From the NCBI GenBank assembly GCA_965249575.1, contig OZ252244.1:2688001-2752000 (forward strand): a DNA stretch of 64,000 nucleotides, in the 5' to 3' direction. This stretch comes from Gemmatimonadales bacterium (GTDB lineage: Bacteria; Gemmatimonadota; Gemmatimonadetes; Gemmatimonadales; GWC2-71-9). The notes beneath the pieces were generated by a model. The model saw only the letters and a program-made list of their open reading frames with translations, did not search any database and was not told where the DNA came from. Of this stretch, positions 25,111 through 35,052 are shown piece after piece. Each line of letters begins with the position of its first letter. Position 1 is the stretch's first letter. The translations under genes were made by a program, and so were the position numbers.

Positions 25111-25536
25111 CTAGACCGGGTCCCCGACCCGCTCGGATCCATCGCCTCCGTAGGCACCGACCCGGTAATCCAGGCTGTCGATCTCCTCCCACGGTCCGTC
25201 CTCGGCTGGGCTCTCCGCCTCGTGCTCGTATTTGTCGGCTTGGCTGAAGAGGAGTCGTGCGCTCTCCGCGCGGGGGGCGCCCACCTCCGGCACGACGACA
25301 TCGCCGACCAGCCGCTGACCCAGTGAACGGCACAGATCGGCAAGGGTCTGGAGGATGGCCTTCCGGTTGCTCGTTGGGTCTCCCGTCGCGCTGACACCGT
25401 GCCCGTCGAGCGCCGCCTCGATCTCCTCGTTCTCGAGCTTCAGGATGACGTGATCCCGCTTGACGGCCCCGATCCGAAAGCGCACGTAGTGGAGTGCCTC
25501 GGTCTTGATCTTGGACAGCGTATAGTCAAACGCCAC
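25111..25536 (-). CDS. Head-tail connector-position protein
   Basis: AFDYT...VRFRIG...LENEEIEAAL pattern; synteny. Confidence 0.65.
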   Translation of the reverse strand: MAFDYTLSKIKTEALHYVRFRIGAVKRDHVILKLENEEIEAALDGHGVSATGDPTSNRKAILQTLADLCRSLGQRLVGDVVVPEVGAPRAESARLLFSQADKYEHEAESPAEDGPWEEIDSLDYRVGAYGGDGSERVGDPV

Positions 25537-25539
25537 GGG

Positions 25540-25989
25540 CTACTGCTTCTTCCGCCGACGGCTGGCCTTCTTCTTCGCCGGCGGCTGCTCCGTGGTGGTC
25601 TCGGTGCCGTCGTCCCTCTCGGTCGGCACGTCGGTAGCTGGACCCGGCGGCTCGGCTGCAAGGAACCGTTGATACGCCTCGATGCTGTCGGGATCATCGA
25701 GCGGGATCCGACCATAGCCTCGATCGAGGTAGCGATGGGCTCCGCTCGGGGCACACTTGAGACGACTCCCGTTCGTGAGGACGACCGTCACCCTTCCTGG
25801 TGGGGGCGCAGGCGGCGTGTCGAGCCACTTCACGAAATCCTCGTACGCCCGCTGGGAGTTGGCGTCACCCGTGGGGATCTTCCCCCACCCGCGACGGAGG
25901 TAGCCGTGTGCGACGGCCGGCGGGAAGCGGTGCGTCGAGCCGTCGTGTGCTTCGCCAGCACCAGCATTCAGCGTGACCGTAACGTGCAT
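25540..25989 (-). CDS. Hypothetical protein with an internal domain duplication and basic tail
   Basis: AHGYLRRGWGKIP.....SQRAYEDF versus AHRYLDRGYGRIP.....SIEAYQRF. Confidence 0.7.
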   Translation of the reverse strand: MHVTVTLNAGAGEAHDGSTHRFPPAVAHGYLRRGWGKIPTGDANSQRAYEDFVKWLDTPPAPPPGRVTVVLTNGSRLKCAPSGAHRYLDRGYGRIPLDDPDSIEAYQRFLAAEPPGPATDVPTERDDGTETTTEQPPAKKKASRRRKKQ

Positions 25990-26053
25990 GTGGAGGCCCC
26001 CTCGAGGAGAGGTCGCGGCGGGTGAGGATCACTCCCCACCCGCCCACCGCGGA

Positions 26054-27250
26054 TCAGACCGCGTTGATCTTGATGACGAACCGCTCGTCGGTGCAGACGA
26101 GATCGCCGTACTCGCGCACCTTGAACTGCGCGACGATGTCCCGCTTGAACATCTCGTCGTTCTGCATCGGCGCCCGGAAGGTCTGCAGCGGCCAGATCGT
26201 CTTGTAGATGAACTGCTGCTTGAAGTCGCCCAGGAACCAGTCAGAGGCGTCGTCGAACTGATCCTCACCCTCCGCGGCGTCAAGATGGACGCTCGAGAGG
26301 GCGCGGAGTCCCGGAATGAGTTGCGTTGCCACGTTGCCGGAGATCGTGTTGTTGTGGCGCGTCTCCGTGGCGGAGACGATCCGCGCCGCCGTCCCGGCCA
26401 GCTCGACGCCGGTCAGGAGGATGAGGTTCCCACCGAGACTGATCGGTTGGGTGCCCATCGTGTCGTCAGGCTCCCGATCGTCTCGCACGTTGGCCGCGTG
26501 GTACTGGAGCACCTCGTTGATGTCGGTCCAATCGACCAGCGGTGTGGCCGTGGCGAGGAGGTTGTTGTTGCCCGCCACGTAGAGCTGCTCGGCGGTGCCC
26601 GTCGGTCGATAGGTCCGGACCGTCGAGGTAACGTCCGCCACTCCGCGGATGATCCGGCGCTCGCGCTCATCACGTGCCGCCCGCCCCAGCTGACTTGCCC
26701 GCCGGAGCACCTGGCCGGTCTGGTCGTGGACCACCGCCTCCTCCGAGACCGAGAGCAACCGCCCCCGCTTCGTCTCGGTGGAGGTGACGTACTTCTCGCC
26801 GAATTCGGACTCCTCGTAGGCCGCGAATTCCTCGACTTCTTTCGGGCCCTGGAGGGCAGTGAAGCCGACGATGCGCTCACCCTTGAGGGTCGACCGTACC
26901 GGATCGACGAGCTCGTCGCCGATCGAGGGTGCGCCCTCATAGCCGTCGATCACCTTGGAGGCGATCAGCTGACCCACCGCAGAGGGGAAGACACCGGTAC
27001 CAACCTGCTCAATGATGGACTGTGGGATCTCGACGTAGCCCGCGCTCGCCATGGCGTAGGGCACCGTCTCTTCGACGCGGCCCACGAGCCCTTCCCAGAG
27101 GGCGCGGAAGGAGAACTCCTCCGGCTTTTTGGGTTCGAGCTTCCGCCCGTTCGGCAGGGTCCGGCCTTGGAGCAAGGCCTCCTGGATCTGGAGGTATCCG
27201 GCCGCGCCGTGTTCCTGCACCAACGCGCGGATCTGATCAACTCGTAGCAT
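26054..27250 (-). CDS. Major capsid protein (HK97 fold, Mu gpT-like)
   Basis: 398 aa; KRGRLLSVSEEAVVHD.TG...LGRAA; WFLGDFKQQF; GGAGGGAG RBS. Confidence 0.85.
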   Translation of the reverse strand: MLRVDQIRALVQEHGAAGYLQIQEALLQGRTLPNGRKLEPKKPEEFSFRALWEGLVGRVEETVPYAMASAGYVEIPQSIIEQVGTGVFPSAVGQLIASKVIDGYEGAPSIGDELVDPVRSTLKGERIVGFTALQGPKEVEEFAAYEESEFGEKYVTSTETKRGRLLSVSEEAVVHDQTGQVLRRASQLGRAARDERERRIIRGVADVTSTVRTYRPTGTAEQLYVAGNNNLLATATPLVDWTDINEVLQYHAANVRDDREPDDTMGTQPISLGGNLILLTGVELAGTAARIVSATETRHNNTISGNVATQLIPGLRALSSVHLDAAEGEDQFDDASDWFLGDFKQQFIYKTIWPLQTFRAPMQNDEMFKRDIVAQFKVREYGDLVCTDERFVIKINAV

Positions 27251-27284
27251 GTGTGCCTCACTCCCTCCGGTTAGCTCAGGCCCC

Positions 27285-28100
27285 TTAGGACTCGTTCAGG
27301 AACGGCACGACCCAGAGGACGAACAGTGCCTCGCCCGCCGTGGGAGTCCCGTCGCCCTTGATCGTGAGCGTGTCGCCCATGTTGAAGATGTCGTCGCCGG
27401 TGGCGTCATCCATCGTGGCGGTCGTCACATCTCCCACGGCCGAGGCCGTCGGAATCGTGAGCGTGTCGTCTAGGCTCGTGGCACCTTTGTCGATCGTGAC
27501 CACGCACGCGCCAGCGGTCAGGACCGTGACGATGGCATCGACGCGGACGAGCTTGAACGGGAAGAGCACCGGCCAAGCGGTCAGGAAATCGACCGCGGCC
27601 GTGATGAGCCCCTGATACAACGGGATGGGAATCGGCGTCAGGGCGCGGCCCGCGTGCGGCAGGATCTCCGCCACGACTCGGGTGACGTTCGCGGAGTACC
27701 GTTTGGTGATCCGCGCGATCGCCCCGATACCGTTCTCGCCGACGGCGATCACCTGTTGGGGAATGAGGGCCGTCCCGCCCGCGTTGTCGTCCATTCCCAC
27801 CGCGTCGCCGATCTCGAACTGCGCGGCAGCGCAATCGAACTCGAACTCGCCCGCGCCGTAGACCGTGATGGGTGCCGTCTCGCCGTTGGCGCTGGCCTGC
27901 ATCGCGATCCCGACGAACTGCTTTGCGAATTGCGTCTGGGCGTCGGCGAGGCTCGCCCCGTAGGTGAGGTCCCCCGCCGGCCGGATGTCGTTGATCTCCT
28001 GGTAGACCGCGTCTCCGACTTCGATCACGGTCGCCGAATCCACGGCATAGACCCGCGCCTTCTTCGGGTCGGATTTCCGGATCTTCGTTCTGTTCGCCAC
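27285..28100 (-). CDS. Head decoration / capsid cement protein with a C-terminal extension
   Basis: VIEVGDAV...FVGIAM...GEFEF...FEIGDAV; lies between scaffold and capsid genes. Confidence 0.65.
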   Translation of the reverse strand: MANRTKIRKSDPKKARVYAVDSATVIEVGDAVYQEINDIRPAGDLTYGASLADAQTQFAKQFVGIAMQASANGETAPITVYGAGEFEFDCAAAQFEIGDAVGMDDNAGGTALIPQQVIAVGENGIGAIARITKRYSANVTRVVAEILPHAGRALTPIPIPLYQGLITAAVDFLTAWPVLFPFKLVRVDAIVTVLTAGACVVTIDKGATSLDDTLTIPTASAVGDVTTATMDDATGDDIFNMGDTLTIKGDGTPTAGEALFVLWVVPFLNES

Positions 28101-28185
28101 GAGAGGCTCCTTCTCTCTCTATCCCCGGCCTTGGCGATTCTGCGATCGTCCCGGGTGACGGCCGCGCCGTGGACGTTCCGTACTG

Positions 28186-29181
28186 CTAGACGAGCAGCCG
28201 GTCGTGGATGTCGCCCAGCTTGCTCTCCTCGAACGGCGTGACCTTCGCACCGCCCGTTACGATCGTGACCTCGCGCTCGACCGACCTCGGTCGCGCGGGT
28301 GTGCTCGCGATGGTGACGCCCGCGGCGATCGCCTTCCGGTCCTCGATCAGCGCATCGACTGCGGCGTCGTCTTTCGCCTCGGCCAGCTGCGCCTTGAAGG
28401 GATCCGTGACGAGGGTCTCCGGGAGCTCGGCCGCCTTGAGTTTCTTCTCGATGGCTTCGGCTCGTTGCCGCTTGGCCTCGGCCTCCTGCAGCGCCTTGTG
28501 CTCTTTCTTCAGATCCTCGAGCTCCGTCGACTGCTTTGAATCGGCGAGCACGGCCTCGACCAAGTCGGGGCGCTCCGCCTTGAGCTTCTCGATGGTGACG
28601 TCTTTCATGTCGGTCTCCTGCTCCCTGGTAACGGACTCGAAGAAGCCCGCAGTCGTGGCGGGGTCGGTCACGAGCTCGACGGCCGCGACCGCGTCAATCG
28701 TTTCCACCACGTCGTTGCCGTCGTCGCCCTTCCGGATGGTGCCCTGCGCCCGATGCGAGGCGCCCGCGAGCTTGGGCATCTGCTCGGCCAAGGCGAGCAC
28801 CAGGCTCTTCGTGGGCTCGCGGTCGAGGAGGTGGATCTCCCCGTAGACGCTGTCACCGGCTTTCCGGCTGTTGCGGACCTGTCCGGCAAGGTCCTGGACG
28901 GAACGGATCCCCTGTCGCTCCCGGAGATCGCGTTCGGTGGGGTGGTCGAGATAGAAGGGGGCACCCTCATAGAGGCGTGCGGCGTTGCTGAGGGCTGTAT
29001 CGCTGTAGGTCCGGCCGTTGAGCGACAGCCGACCGCAGAGCTTGACGTTTCGAATGGTGAGGGTGCCGCGGTCGACATTGGCCTCAGCCAGGGCGTGCCC
29101 AAGCGGGAAGCCTTCAAGAAGATCCGCCTTGACCGGCGTATCGAAGAGGGTCCTGGCCTGGCTCTCGGCCTTCTTGCTCAC
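28186..29181 (-). CDS. Prohead protease-scaffold fusion
   Basis: SLNGRTYS, YLDHP, GASH and VELVTDPATT motifs, then a charged helical scaffold-like C-terminus. Confidence 0.8.
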   Translation of the reverse strand: MSKKAESQARTLFDTPVKADLLEGFPLGHALAEANVDRGTLTIRNVKLCGRLSLNGRTYSDTALSNAARLYEGAPFYLDHPTERDLRERQGIRSVQDLAGQVRNSRKAGDSVYGEIHLLDREPTKSLVLALAEQMPKLAGASHRAQGTIRKGDDGNDVVETIDAVAAVELVTDPATTAGFFESVTREQETDMKDVTIEKLKAERPDLVEAVLADSKQSTELEDLKKEHKALQEAEAKRQRAEAIEKKLKAAELPETLVTDPFKAQLAEAKDDAAVDALIEDRKAIAAGVTIASTPARPRSVEREVTIVTGGAKVTPFEESKLGDIHDRLLV

Positions 29182-29214
29182 AAAAAACGCGCCCCGATAG
29201 TAGGGAGGGCGCGT
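29182..29214 (-). terminator. Intrinsic terminator-like hairpin immediately before the protease start codon
   Basis: ACGCGCCC...GGGCGCGT stem followed by TTTTT, then GTG. Confidence 0.6.
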
Positions 29215-29241
29215 GCGTTCGCGTAATCCTCGTCCAACGCT

Positions 29242-29271
29242 AGCTTAGCGACCCCCTAGCGATCTTGTCAA
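29242..29271 (-). promoter_or_regulatory. Internal sigma70-type promoter facing the capsid genes
   Basis: TTGACA-N18-TAAGCT on the minus strand. Confidence 0.6.
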
Positions 29272-29459
29272 CCCTTTTCCCATCCATACTGGACGCGGGG
29301 CTCCTGAAGGTCGACCCGCTCCCGGTCGGTGGTCTTGGGTTTCCGCGTCTCGTTGACCTCGTATTTCATCACGCGACCGCGGTCACAGTGCAGGACAATC
29401 TTGCCGTTGAACCCGCGGCTCAGGACAGCGCCAAGCTCGTCAAAGAAACTCTGTCTCAT
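29268..29459 (-). CDS. Small protein, DUF2292/YezD-like
   Basis: GFNGKIVLHCDRGRVMKYEVNETRK; ATGA-coupled start. Confidence 0.5.
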   Translation of the reverse strand: MRQSFFDELGAVLSRGFNGKIVLHCDRGRVMKYEVNETRKPKTTDRERVDLQEPRVQYGWEKG

Positions 29460-30295
29460 GTGGGCACCACGAGCTCGAGGAGGCAGGTGCAGCGCGTGTG
29501 GGCTGCTGGAGCGAGGTGGCCACTCGGAAAAGCGTGGCGCATGGGAATCGGCTCGCTGTCGTGGTTTTCCTGGCATTCGTCGTGAAACCCGCGACCAGGT
29601 ACACGCCGCCAACGCTTGCGGGCACCCCCCACAAGCTCGCCCCGCCGCTGAAGAATCCTGTTGGTGAACGCGTTGGCCTCCGTGATCGCGATATCTCGCG
29701 CCCGCCGCATGAGGAGTTCTTCCTCGAGCCGGCGCAGGGCGGCACTGATCGATTTCCGGGGAAGGCCCAGGCGCTCGAGCCGCACGCGGTGATTCGCGAC
29801 CTGGGAGACTTGCCGTGGCGTGAGCCCCGTCGTGGCAGCGATATCCTCGAGCAGCGGTGCTGAGACGCCCCGTTCAAACACCCGCGCAAGGTGAAGCCGG
29901 AGCACCTCGAGCTGGCGAGCCTCGAGGCCGACCACGAGCTCGGCGACCTGTGCACGTGCCATGCTGTCAGCGACACTCCGTGGGAGACGCGACACCTGGA
30001 CGATCGCTCCCGTTGCCTCGAGGAGTTCCCGGGGACCGAGCGGGCGGAGGAGCGCCGCGTGGAGTTGGGGCCGGTACTGGTCCAGTGCGTCCCGTATGCG
30101 GAGGCCAAAGACCGCGGGGATCGCGCCACCCAGTAACAGGTCGCCCCACTCGGTAGCCGTGACCACCCCGTGCAGGGTGCGCACGAGCTGGCGGGTCACG
30201 GGCTCGAGCACCCGAGCCGCATGGGCCTGGGACCGACGGCTCACGGTGAAGCCCTCGGTCAGGAGCGGTCGGTACGTCTCGGCGAGGGTGACCAA
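29456..30295 (-). CDS. Minor head protein (SPP1 gp7 / Mu gpF-like)
   Basis: RARDIAITE, KRW...C..N and P.HTRCTC motifs; follows the portal gene. Confidence 0.8.
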   Translation of the reverse strand: MVTLAETYRPLLTEGFTVSRRSQAHAARVLEPVTRQLVRTLHGVVTATEWGDLLLGGAIPAVFGLRIRDALDQYRPQLHAALLRPLGPRELLEATGAIVQVSRLPRSVADSMARAQVAELVVGLEARQLEVLRLHLARVFERGVSAPLLEDIAATTGLTPRQVSQVANHRVRLERLGLPRKSISAALRRLEEELLMRRARDIAITEANAFTNRILQRRGELVGGARKRWRRVPGRGFHDECQENHDSEPIPMRHAFPSGHLAPAAHTRCTCLLELVVPT

Positions 30296-30298
30296 GGG

Positions 30299-31975
30299 CT
30301 ACTCGGCGCCAGCCGCCGCGAACGGTACGGGCTCAGGTGGAACCGGTGGCTCATTGCCGGGCTCGACCGGTTCGGGCATCGGGGCGCTCAACAGATTCCG
30401 GAGATACCGGTCAATCGACGAATCGAGGCTGATCCCACCGGCGAGGAGCAGTTTGCTCGTGAGTTCGAGAATCCGGTCAATGCCGAGCGGGATCCGGTTC
30501 TCGAGCTCGGCCTGTAGCCGCTTCGACTCCGTTTCCCAGTCGATCCCGTCGCCGTGCGCCCACCCTTCCCGGGAGAGCGCGCCGTTCTTGTACCGAATCT
30601 CGTTCGCCTGGGTGTGCTGGAGCTCATCGCGGGAGAGCAGCGGTGGCCACTCGACCGCGATGTCCATGGACTCGGCCGTCTCCGCGTCCAGGCCCTTGAT
30701 TTGGTCCGCCTGCGCCCCAGCGATCATGGCCCAGCGGTAGATCTGGACGAGGACGGGCGTGAGGTCGTCCTGCCAGTATTCGAACTCCCGGAGTGCCGGT
30801 GATTCGGAGACCAGGTGCGACGCGAAGTTCGAATTGGACGAGTCGCCCGTGAAGATGTACTCAGGCAGCCCGGTCGCGGCCGCCATCGTGAGGAGAATCG
30901 CCCGGCCGTCGTGCTGGGCGTCCTGCGCCTGGAGGTTCGGCGACTTGAAGTCATAGGTGATACCCGGGCTCGTGTGGATGGTGGTCAGCGGCTTGACCAT
31001 CTGGGTCCGCCGGGTCTCCGGGGACGTCTGCCGCTGCGTCTCCCGCGCGTCGCGGATGCCAACGCCCTGGTCGCGGGTGCCCTCGACCGTCTTGATCCAG
31101 ACGACGGCGGCCCGGGCGAGGTTGAGCGCCAGCCGGTAGTTCAACCAGTCCTCGTACTTCTTGCTCCGCTCCATCAGCGGCTCGAGCACCGAGCGACCGC
31201 GCTTCACGTCGGAGTCGACCCCGACCTTCCAGTGGATGACATCGGCTGCCGGAATCACGTTCTCGAGCTTCGTGCTCGGGGCGAACATGTACCCGAGCAC
31301 GGTCTCGACATCGTCTTTGTCGGTAACGATCCCATGGGAGACCCGGCCCTCGGGGTCCCTGACGTGCTCTGGGTCGATGAACCGGACGAGCAACATCCCT
31401 CGAGGAATGTCGACCAAGGGTCTCAAGCTTGCGGGACTCATGCTCTGTGATTGCAGCGCCTGAACCGCTTCATCGCTGGGCGTAAACTGTCCATCGAAGA
31501 TCGCCCGGCGGACAAACACCTCGCCGTCGCGCCACCCGCGCCGCGGGAGCTCGTCCTCCCGGCGGTCCCAGTTGTTGGCCCGTCGGAATTTCTTCCACCA
31601 GTCGGCGCAGGCTTTGACGGTCGCGTCGTCGTCGAGTTCGGGTGTGATCGTGACGCCCTTGCCCACCACAAACCGCTCGAGCGTCCGGATGTACCCCCGC
31701 ATGTGAGGCTTCAGCTGGTAGTCCGTTCGGGCGCGGGCCCGGAGGGATTGCTGCGTCGTTTCGTCGAGCTCCCGCTGGCCAGCAGCCAGGATCGGCACGA
31801 AGCCGTCGTCTTCCGGCTGGACGGCACGGACGATCTGCTCCATCGTTTGCCGCGACGCCTCCATGTGGAGCCGTTCCATCCCCATCGCCTCGGCTCTGAG
31901 CGCCCGCTCCTCCAGCGGCGCGCGGATCGCCCGCCCGACCAAGCGCCAGAACCCGGTCCCGTTCTTCGTTGCCAT
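30299..31975 (-). CDS. Portal protein
   Basis: 558 aa after terL; RDGEVF, VIHWK...KRGRS.L and GD.SNSNFAS motifs. Confidence 0.85.
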   Translation of the reverse strand: MATKNGTGFWRLVGRAIRAPLEERALRAEAMGMERLHMEASRQTMEQIVRAVQPEDDGFVPILAAGQRELDETTQQSLRARARTDYQLKPHMRGYIRTLERFVVGKGVTITPELDDDATVKACADWWKKFRRANNWDRREDELPRRGWRDGEVFVRRAIFDGQFTPSDEAVQALQSQSMSPASLRPLVDIPRGMLLVRFIDPEHVRDPEGRVSHGIVTDKDDVETVLGYMFAPSTKLENVIPAADVIHWKVGVDSDVKRGRSVLEPLMERSKKYEDWLNYRLALNLARAAVVWIKTVEGTRDQGVGIRDARETQRQTSPETRRTQMVKPLTTIHTSPGITYDFKSPNLQAQDAQHDGRAILLTMAAATGLPEYIFTGDSSNSNFASHLVSESPALREFEYWQDDLTPVLVQIYRWAMIAGAQADQIKGLDAETAESMDIAVEWPPLLSRDELQHTQANEIRYKNGALSREGWAHGDGIDWETESKRLQAELENRIPLGIDRILELTSKLLLAGGISLDSSIDRYLRNLLSAPMPEPVEPGNEPPVPPEPVPFAAAGAE

Positions 31976-31977
31976 TC

Positions 31978-32232
31978 CTACACCCTCCTCAGCGAGCGAT
32001 CAGCTTGTACTTCGTACACGCGGCCCTTCCGGTCGCGGATGCGGCTTCCTGGCGCAGTATGGCCCTTTCGGCGGTCAGAATTCAATGCGTCTCCACGGAG
32101 AAGCCGTTGGAATCCCATGTCGACCGCTCTCGTCGGACTCGGCGGATACCCGTACCGAAGCTCCTCGACGATGGCATCGACCCGATACGCGACCGAATCA
32201 AACGCCGTGGCACTGCGGCGGCCTCCACTCAT
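31978..32232 (-). CDS. Phage hypothetical protein
   Basis: Coupled ORF in the late operon. Confidence 0.55.
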   Translation of the reverse strand: MSGGRRSATAFDSVAYRVDAIVEELRYGYPPSPTRAVDMGFQRLLRGDALNSDRRKGHTAPGSRIRDRKGRVYEVQADRSLRRV

Positions 32233-32480
32233 CGCCTCAAACGGTTCAGCCCACCGGGGAAGAGATCGTCCGGCCCGACGATGCGGTTCTTCTTTTTTGC
32301 GTCGCGCGCGTTGGCCATCCGGTCGATCACCCGCGCTGCCCGTCGGAGCATGCCGTGGCAGAGCAGGTCGTTGTTCAGGAGATCGTCGGTGCCTCCCACC
32401 CCCGTGTGGCCCGTCTCGAGGTCCTGCTCGATCACGAGCCGCACCTTCTGGGGCGACGCCTGGTCCCGTTCCTCGCTCAT
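32229..32480 (-). CDS. Phage hypothetical protein
   Basis: GAGGAGG RBS; coupled ORF. Confidence 0.6.
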   Translation of the reverse strand: MSEERDQASPQKVRLVIEQDLETGHTGVGGTDDLLNNDLLCHGMLRRAARVIDRMANARDAKKKNRIVGPDDLFPGGLNRLRR

Positions 32481-32492
32481 GTCACCGCCTCC

Positions 32493-34061
32493 TCACAGCA
32501 CGAACCCACCGTACTCCTCGTATTCGTAGACCTCTTCCTGCGCAGCCTGACCACGGTCGAACTCGGCGAACGCGAGCATCGCGCTGTCGGCGCGGTCTGG
32601 GCTGCGCCCGAGTCGTTCCCTCGTGAGCTTCTTTTCCTCGATCTTAAACCGACCGTGGAGGTCGCGTTCCCAGTGAATGGCTGCCAGCTCGTCCTTCAAC
32701 GCCTCGAGTTCGCGACGACCACGGTCGTCCTGCGGCGGTCGCAGCGCCACGGTCCCGCGCAGGAATCGCTCGCGCAGGAGGCCAGCGAGCTCGTCACGGA
32801 GGATCTTGTACCGGTCGGCGTCGATCGCCTTCTCGCCCACCCGCACGGACGTGACGTCGTACTCCTCCGCGATCAGCACGCTCGCCGCCCCCGCACCGAT
32901 ACCCGTCCCGTCGATGTTGGCTCGGGACCCCTTGGGTGCTCGCTTGAAGAAGTCCTTGAGCGTGGCCACCAGCCGCGCGATGTCCCGATCGTCGGCCATC
33001 GGTTTTCGGCTCGAGATCTCCTCGAGGAGGCTGCCGGCACGCGTCGTGACGGCCGAGCGATCGCGGCGCTCACCGACGTCGACGCCGAACACGCGCGGGG
33101 TCTCGGGTCCCGGGCGCCAGCGGTTTGGATCCTCGTCATACCGCTTGAGGGCCGCATCGAACGCCACGCGGGGGATGAGGGTCTCGTGCGTCTCCTCGGG
33201 GAACTCCGCATCGCAGCGTGAGCGCCAGTAGCTCGACTCTTCCCCGAACTCGTCGCGGACGCCGTTGATCCACCCGACCGTCACCGCCCCAGGGACGAGC
33301 TCTTCCTTCTCCGTCACGTTGGGGTGATCCCAGACGGGGATCTTGATCGTCTGATGGACGCCCGGCTCGTTCGGGCGGCGGCAGGAGCGGAAGAACGGCG
33401 TATCGGGTGCCGTGGGGTTCGCGAGGTTGAGTCGCCGGTTCTCGGCACCGGTGGTGAGGGAGCCCAACGACTCCCAGAGCGGCTGGCGAATCGCATTGGC
33501 CTCGTCCACGATGACGAGCAGACGTGGGTGATGCTCACCGACCGCCGCATCGGGATTCCAATCAGGGGCGGCGAAGCCATAGCCATAGTGCCACGCCGTG
33601 ACAGTGAGCTGGGTGACGTCACACCGGCCGGACGCGTTCCCATGCCGGGCGACCAACCGGTCGTGCGCACGATTGATCTCCTTCCAGAGGAGACGCCGCA
33701 CCTGGCGATGGCCTGGAGCGGTCGAGACGAAGGCACCGCCCCGACCGAACACCCACCACGCCGCGAGCCCGCCAGCGATCCACGTCTTCCCCACGCCGTG
33801 GCCGGCCGGCACATCAGTCACCCGGTTCTCGAGCACACTCTCGGCGACCGCTTCGAGATTGGGGTAGAGGTTCCGGGCCCCGAGCTCGTCGACGAGAAAG
33901 CCGACGGGATCGTTCTCGTATCGTGCCAGAGCGGGGATGGGCGGGACGCCGAGCTCGCCGGCTCGCTCCTCGCCGGCGGTCGCGATCGCCGCGGCACCGA
34001 CGAACACGGCGGCGGGTCCGCTTGAGGCGAAACGACCGAGGGGGTTCTGGACGGCGCGCAC
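32493..34061 (-). CDS. terL: Terminase large subunit
   Basis: Walker A GHGVGKT, Walker B LVIVDEA, nuclease motifs FGVDVG and RSPDRADS. Confidence 0.92.
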   Translation of the reverse strand: MRAVQNPLGRFASSGPAAVFVGAAAIATAGEERAGELGVPPIPALARYENDPVGFLVDELGARNLYPNLEAVAESVLENRVTDVPAGHGVGKTWIAGGLAAWWVFGRGGAFVSTAPGHRQVRRLLWKEINRAHDRLVARHGNASGRCDVTQLTVTAWHYGYGFAAPDWNPDAAVGEHHPRLLVIVDEANAIRQPLWESLGSLTTGAENRRLNLANPTAPDTPFFRSCRRPNEPGVHQTIKIPVWDHPNVTEKEELVPGAVTVGWINGVRDEFGEESSYWRSRCDAEFPEETHETLIPRVAFDAALKRYDEDPNRWRPGPETPRVFGVDVGERRDRSAVTTRAGSLLEEISSRKPMADDRDIARLVATLKDFFKRAPKGSRANIDGTGIGAGAASVLIAEEYDVTSVRVGEKAIDADRYKILRDELAGLLRERFLRGTVALRPPQDDRGRRELEALKDELAAIHWERDLHGRFKIEEKKLTRERLGRSPDRADSAMLAFAEFDRGQAAQEEVYEYEEYGGFVL

Positions 34062-34064
34062 GGA

Positions 34065-34811
34065 CTACCGCTTCGTGAACGGCAGGCGCCGCATGAGGGA
34101 TGGGTCGATCTCGACGGCGCGTCCTTGTGACAGCAGCCGCATCTTTTCGACGAACTCCGTCAGCCGTGCTCGCTCGGTGATCGCCTGCATCGCGACGGCG
34201 GCGATGATCGCCCCGAGCTGCATTGCCTGATCGACGGAGATCATGAGGTGCTCAGATTCCCGCTTCCGCGCTTCAGCGGTCTTGAGCCGGGCCAGCAACT
34301 CGTGACAGGCGGCGATATCCTGCCACGCCGTCTCGTGGGTGGCCGCGTTGAGCACGATGGTCTCGAGTTCCTGCAGCCTGTCCCCGATCGCGCTCTCTTT
34401 CGCGGCTGTCGGCTTGCCACTCCGCAGTTTGACAAGTTGTGGCACCAGCGCCCGGCAGCGGAGCCACGCCTTGGCAGTCTCACCGTGATCCTTGAGCCGC
34501 GCGACGAGTTCGTGTTCGCGAGCGGTCCACACCCGAATCTGCTCCTCGAGAGAGACCAACTCCTCCTCGGTCTGTGCTCGGAGGTAGCCTTTGAGGAGCA
34601 CGCCACCAAAGAACTCCTCGAACCACTTCGAGTGCTTCCCGGTCTTGAAGCTCGCGGAGGCCGGCCCCCGTGGTGACTTGCCGCCGTGCAACTTGCAGCG
34701 ACCGTCGCCGGGGTGATCGGTGCCCCAGCCCGCACCCTGCTCACAGATGCCGCGGCCCTGCTTCTTGTTCGCGCCGCATTTCGGGCCGCCATGGACTCTC
34801 TTGATCGTCAT
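34065..34811 (-). CDS. terS: Terminase small subunit-like protein (HGGxSTG-type N-terminus)
   Basis: CGA......C...........GRCKLHGGKS...FKTGKHS; directly upstream of terL. Confidence 0.75.
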   Translation of the reverse strand: MTIKRVHGGPKCGANKKQGRGICEQGAGWGTDHPGDGRCKLHGGKSPRGPASASFKTGKHSKWFEEFFGGVLLKGYLRAQTEEELVSLEEQIRVWTAREHELVARLKDHGETAKAWLRCRALVPQLVKLRSGKPTAAKESAIGDRLQELETIVLNAATHETAWQDIAACHELLARLKTAEARKRESEHLMISVDQAMQLGAIIAAVAMQAITERARLTEFVEKMRLLSQGRAVEIDPSLMRRLPFTKR

Positions 34812-34921
34812 AGAGTGGTCACGGGATCACGCCCACCACCCAGATGGCGAGCCCCCACCAACACGAGGTAGAGCAGCCCGCCAAGCAGGATGAGCAGCCG
34901 GTCCGTCCGGGTATCCGTCAT
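34808..34921 (-). CDS. Very small membrane protein
   Basis: MTDTRTDRLLILLGGLLYLVLVG...; ATGA overlaps at both ends. Confidence 0.4.
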   Translation of the reverse strand: MTDTRTDRLLILLGGLLYLVLVGARHLGGGRDPVTTL

Positions 34922-35052
34922 GCCTCGGTTCCAGTCCTGTTCCAGTTTCGGGTGCGATATTCGACCGAGTCGGGCCGATTGTGGCAGATAGGCGTCAGGC
35001 TAACTAATGAATACACAGGAACTTCGACGAAACGGGCAATCCCGAGGGATGT

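Noticed and set aside
14587..33221. Long alternative-frame and antisense ORFs in the phage operon (e.g. 14587-16023, 20050-21258, 23438-24691, 25973-27247, 31863-33221)
   Set aside because: Arg/Gly/Pro-rich shadow ORFs expected from high-GC codon bias opposite or overlapping well-supported genes; only the 14826-14587 tail of the first looks real.
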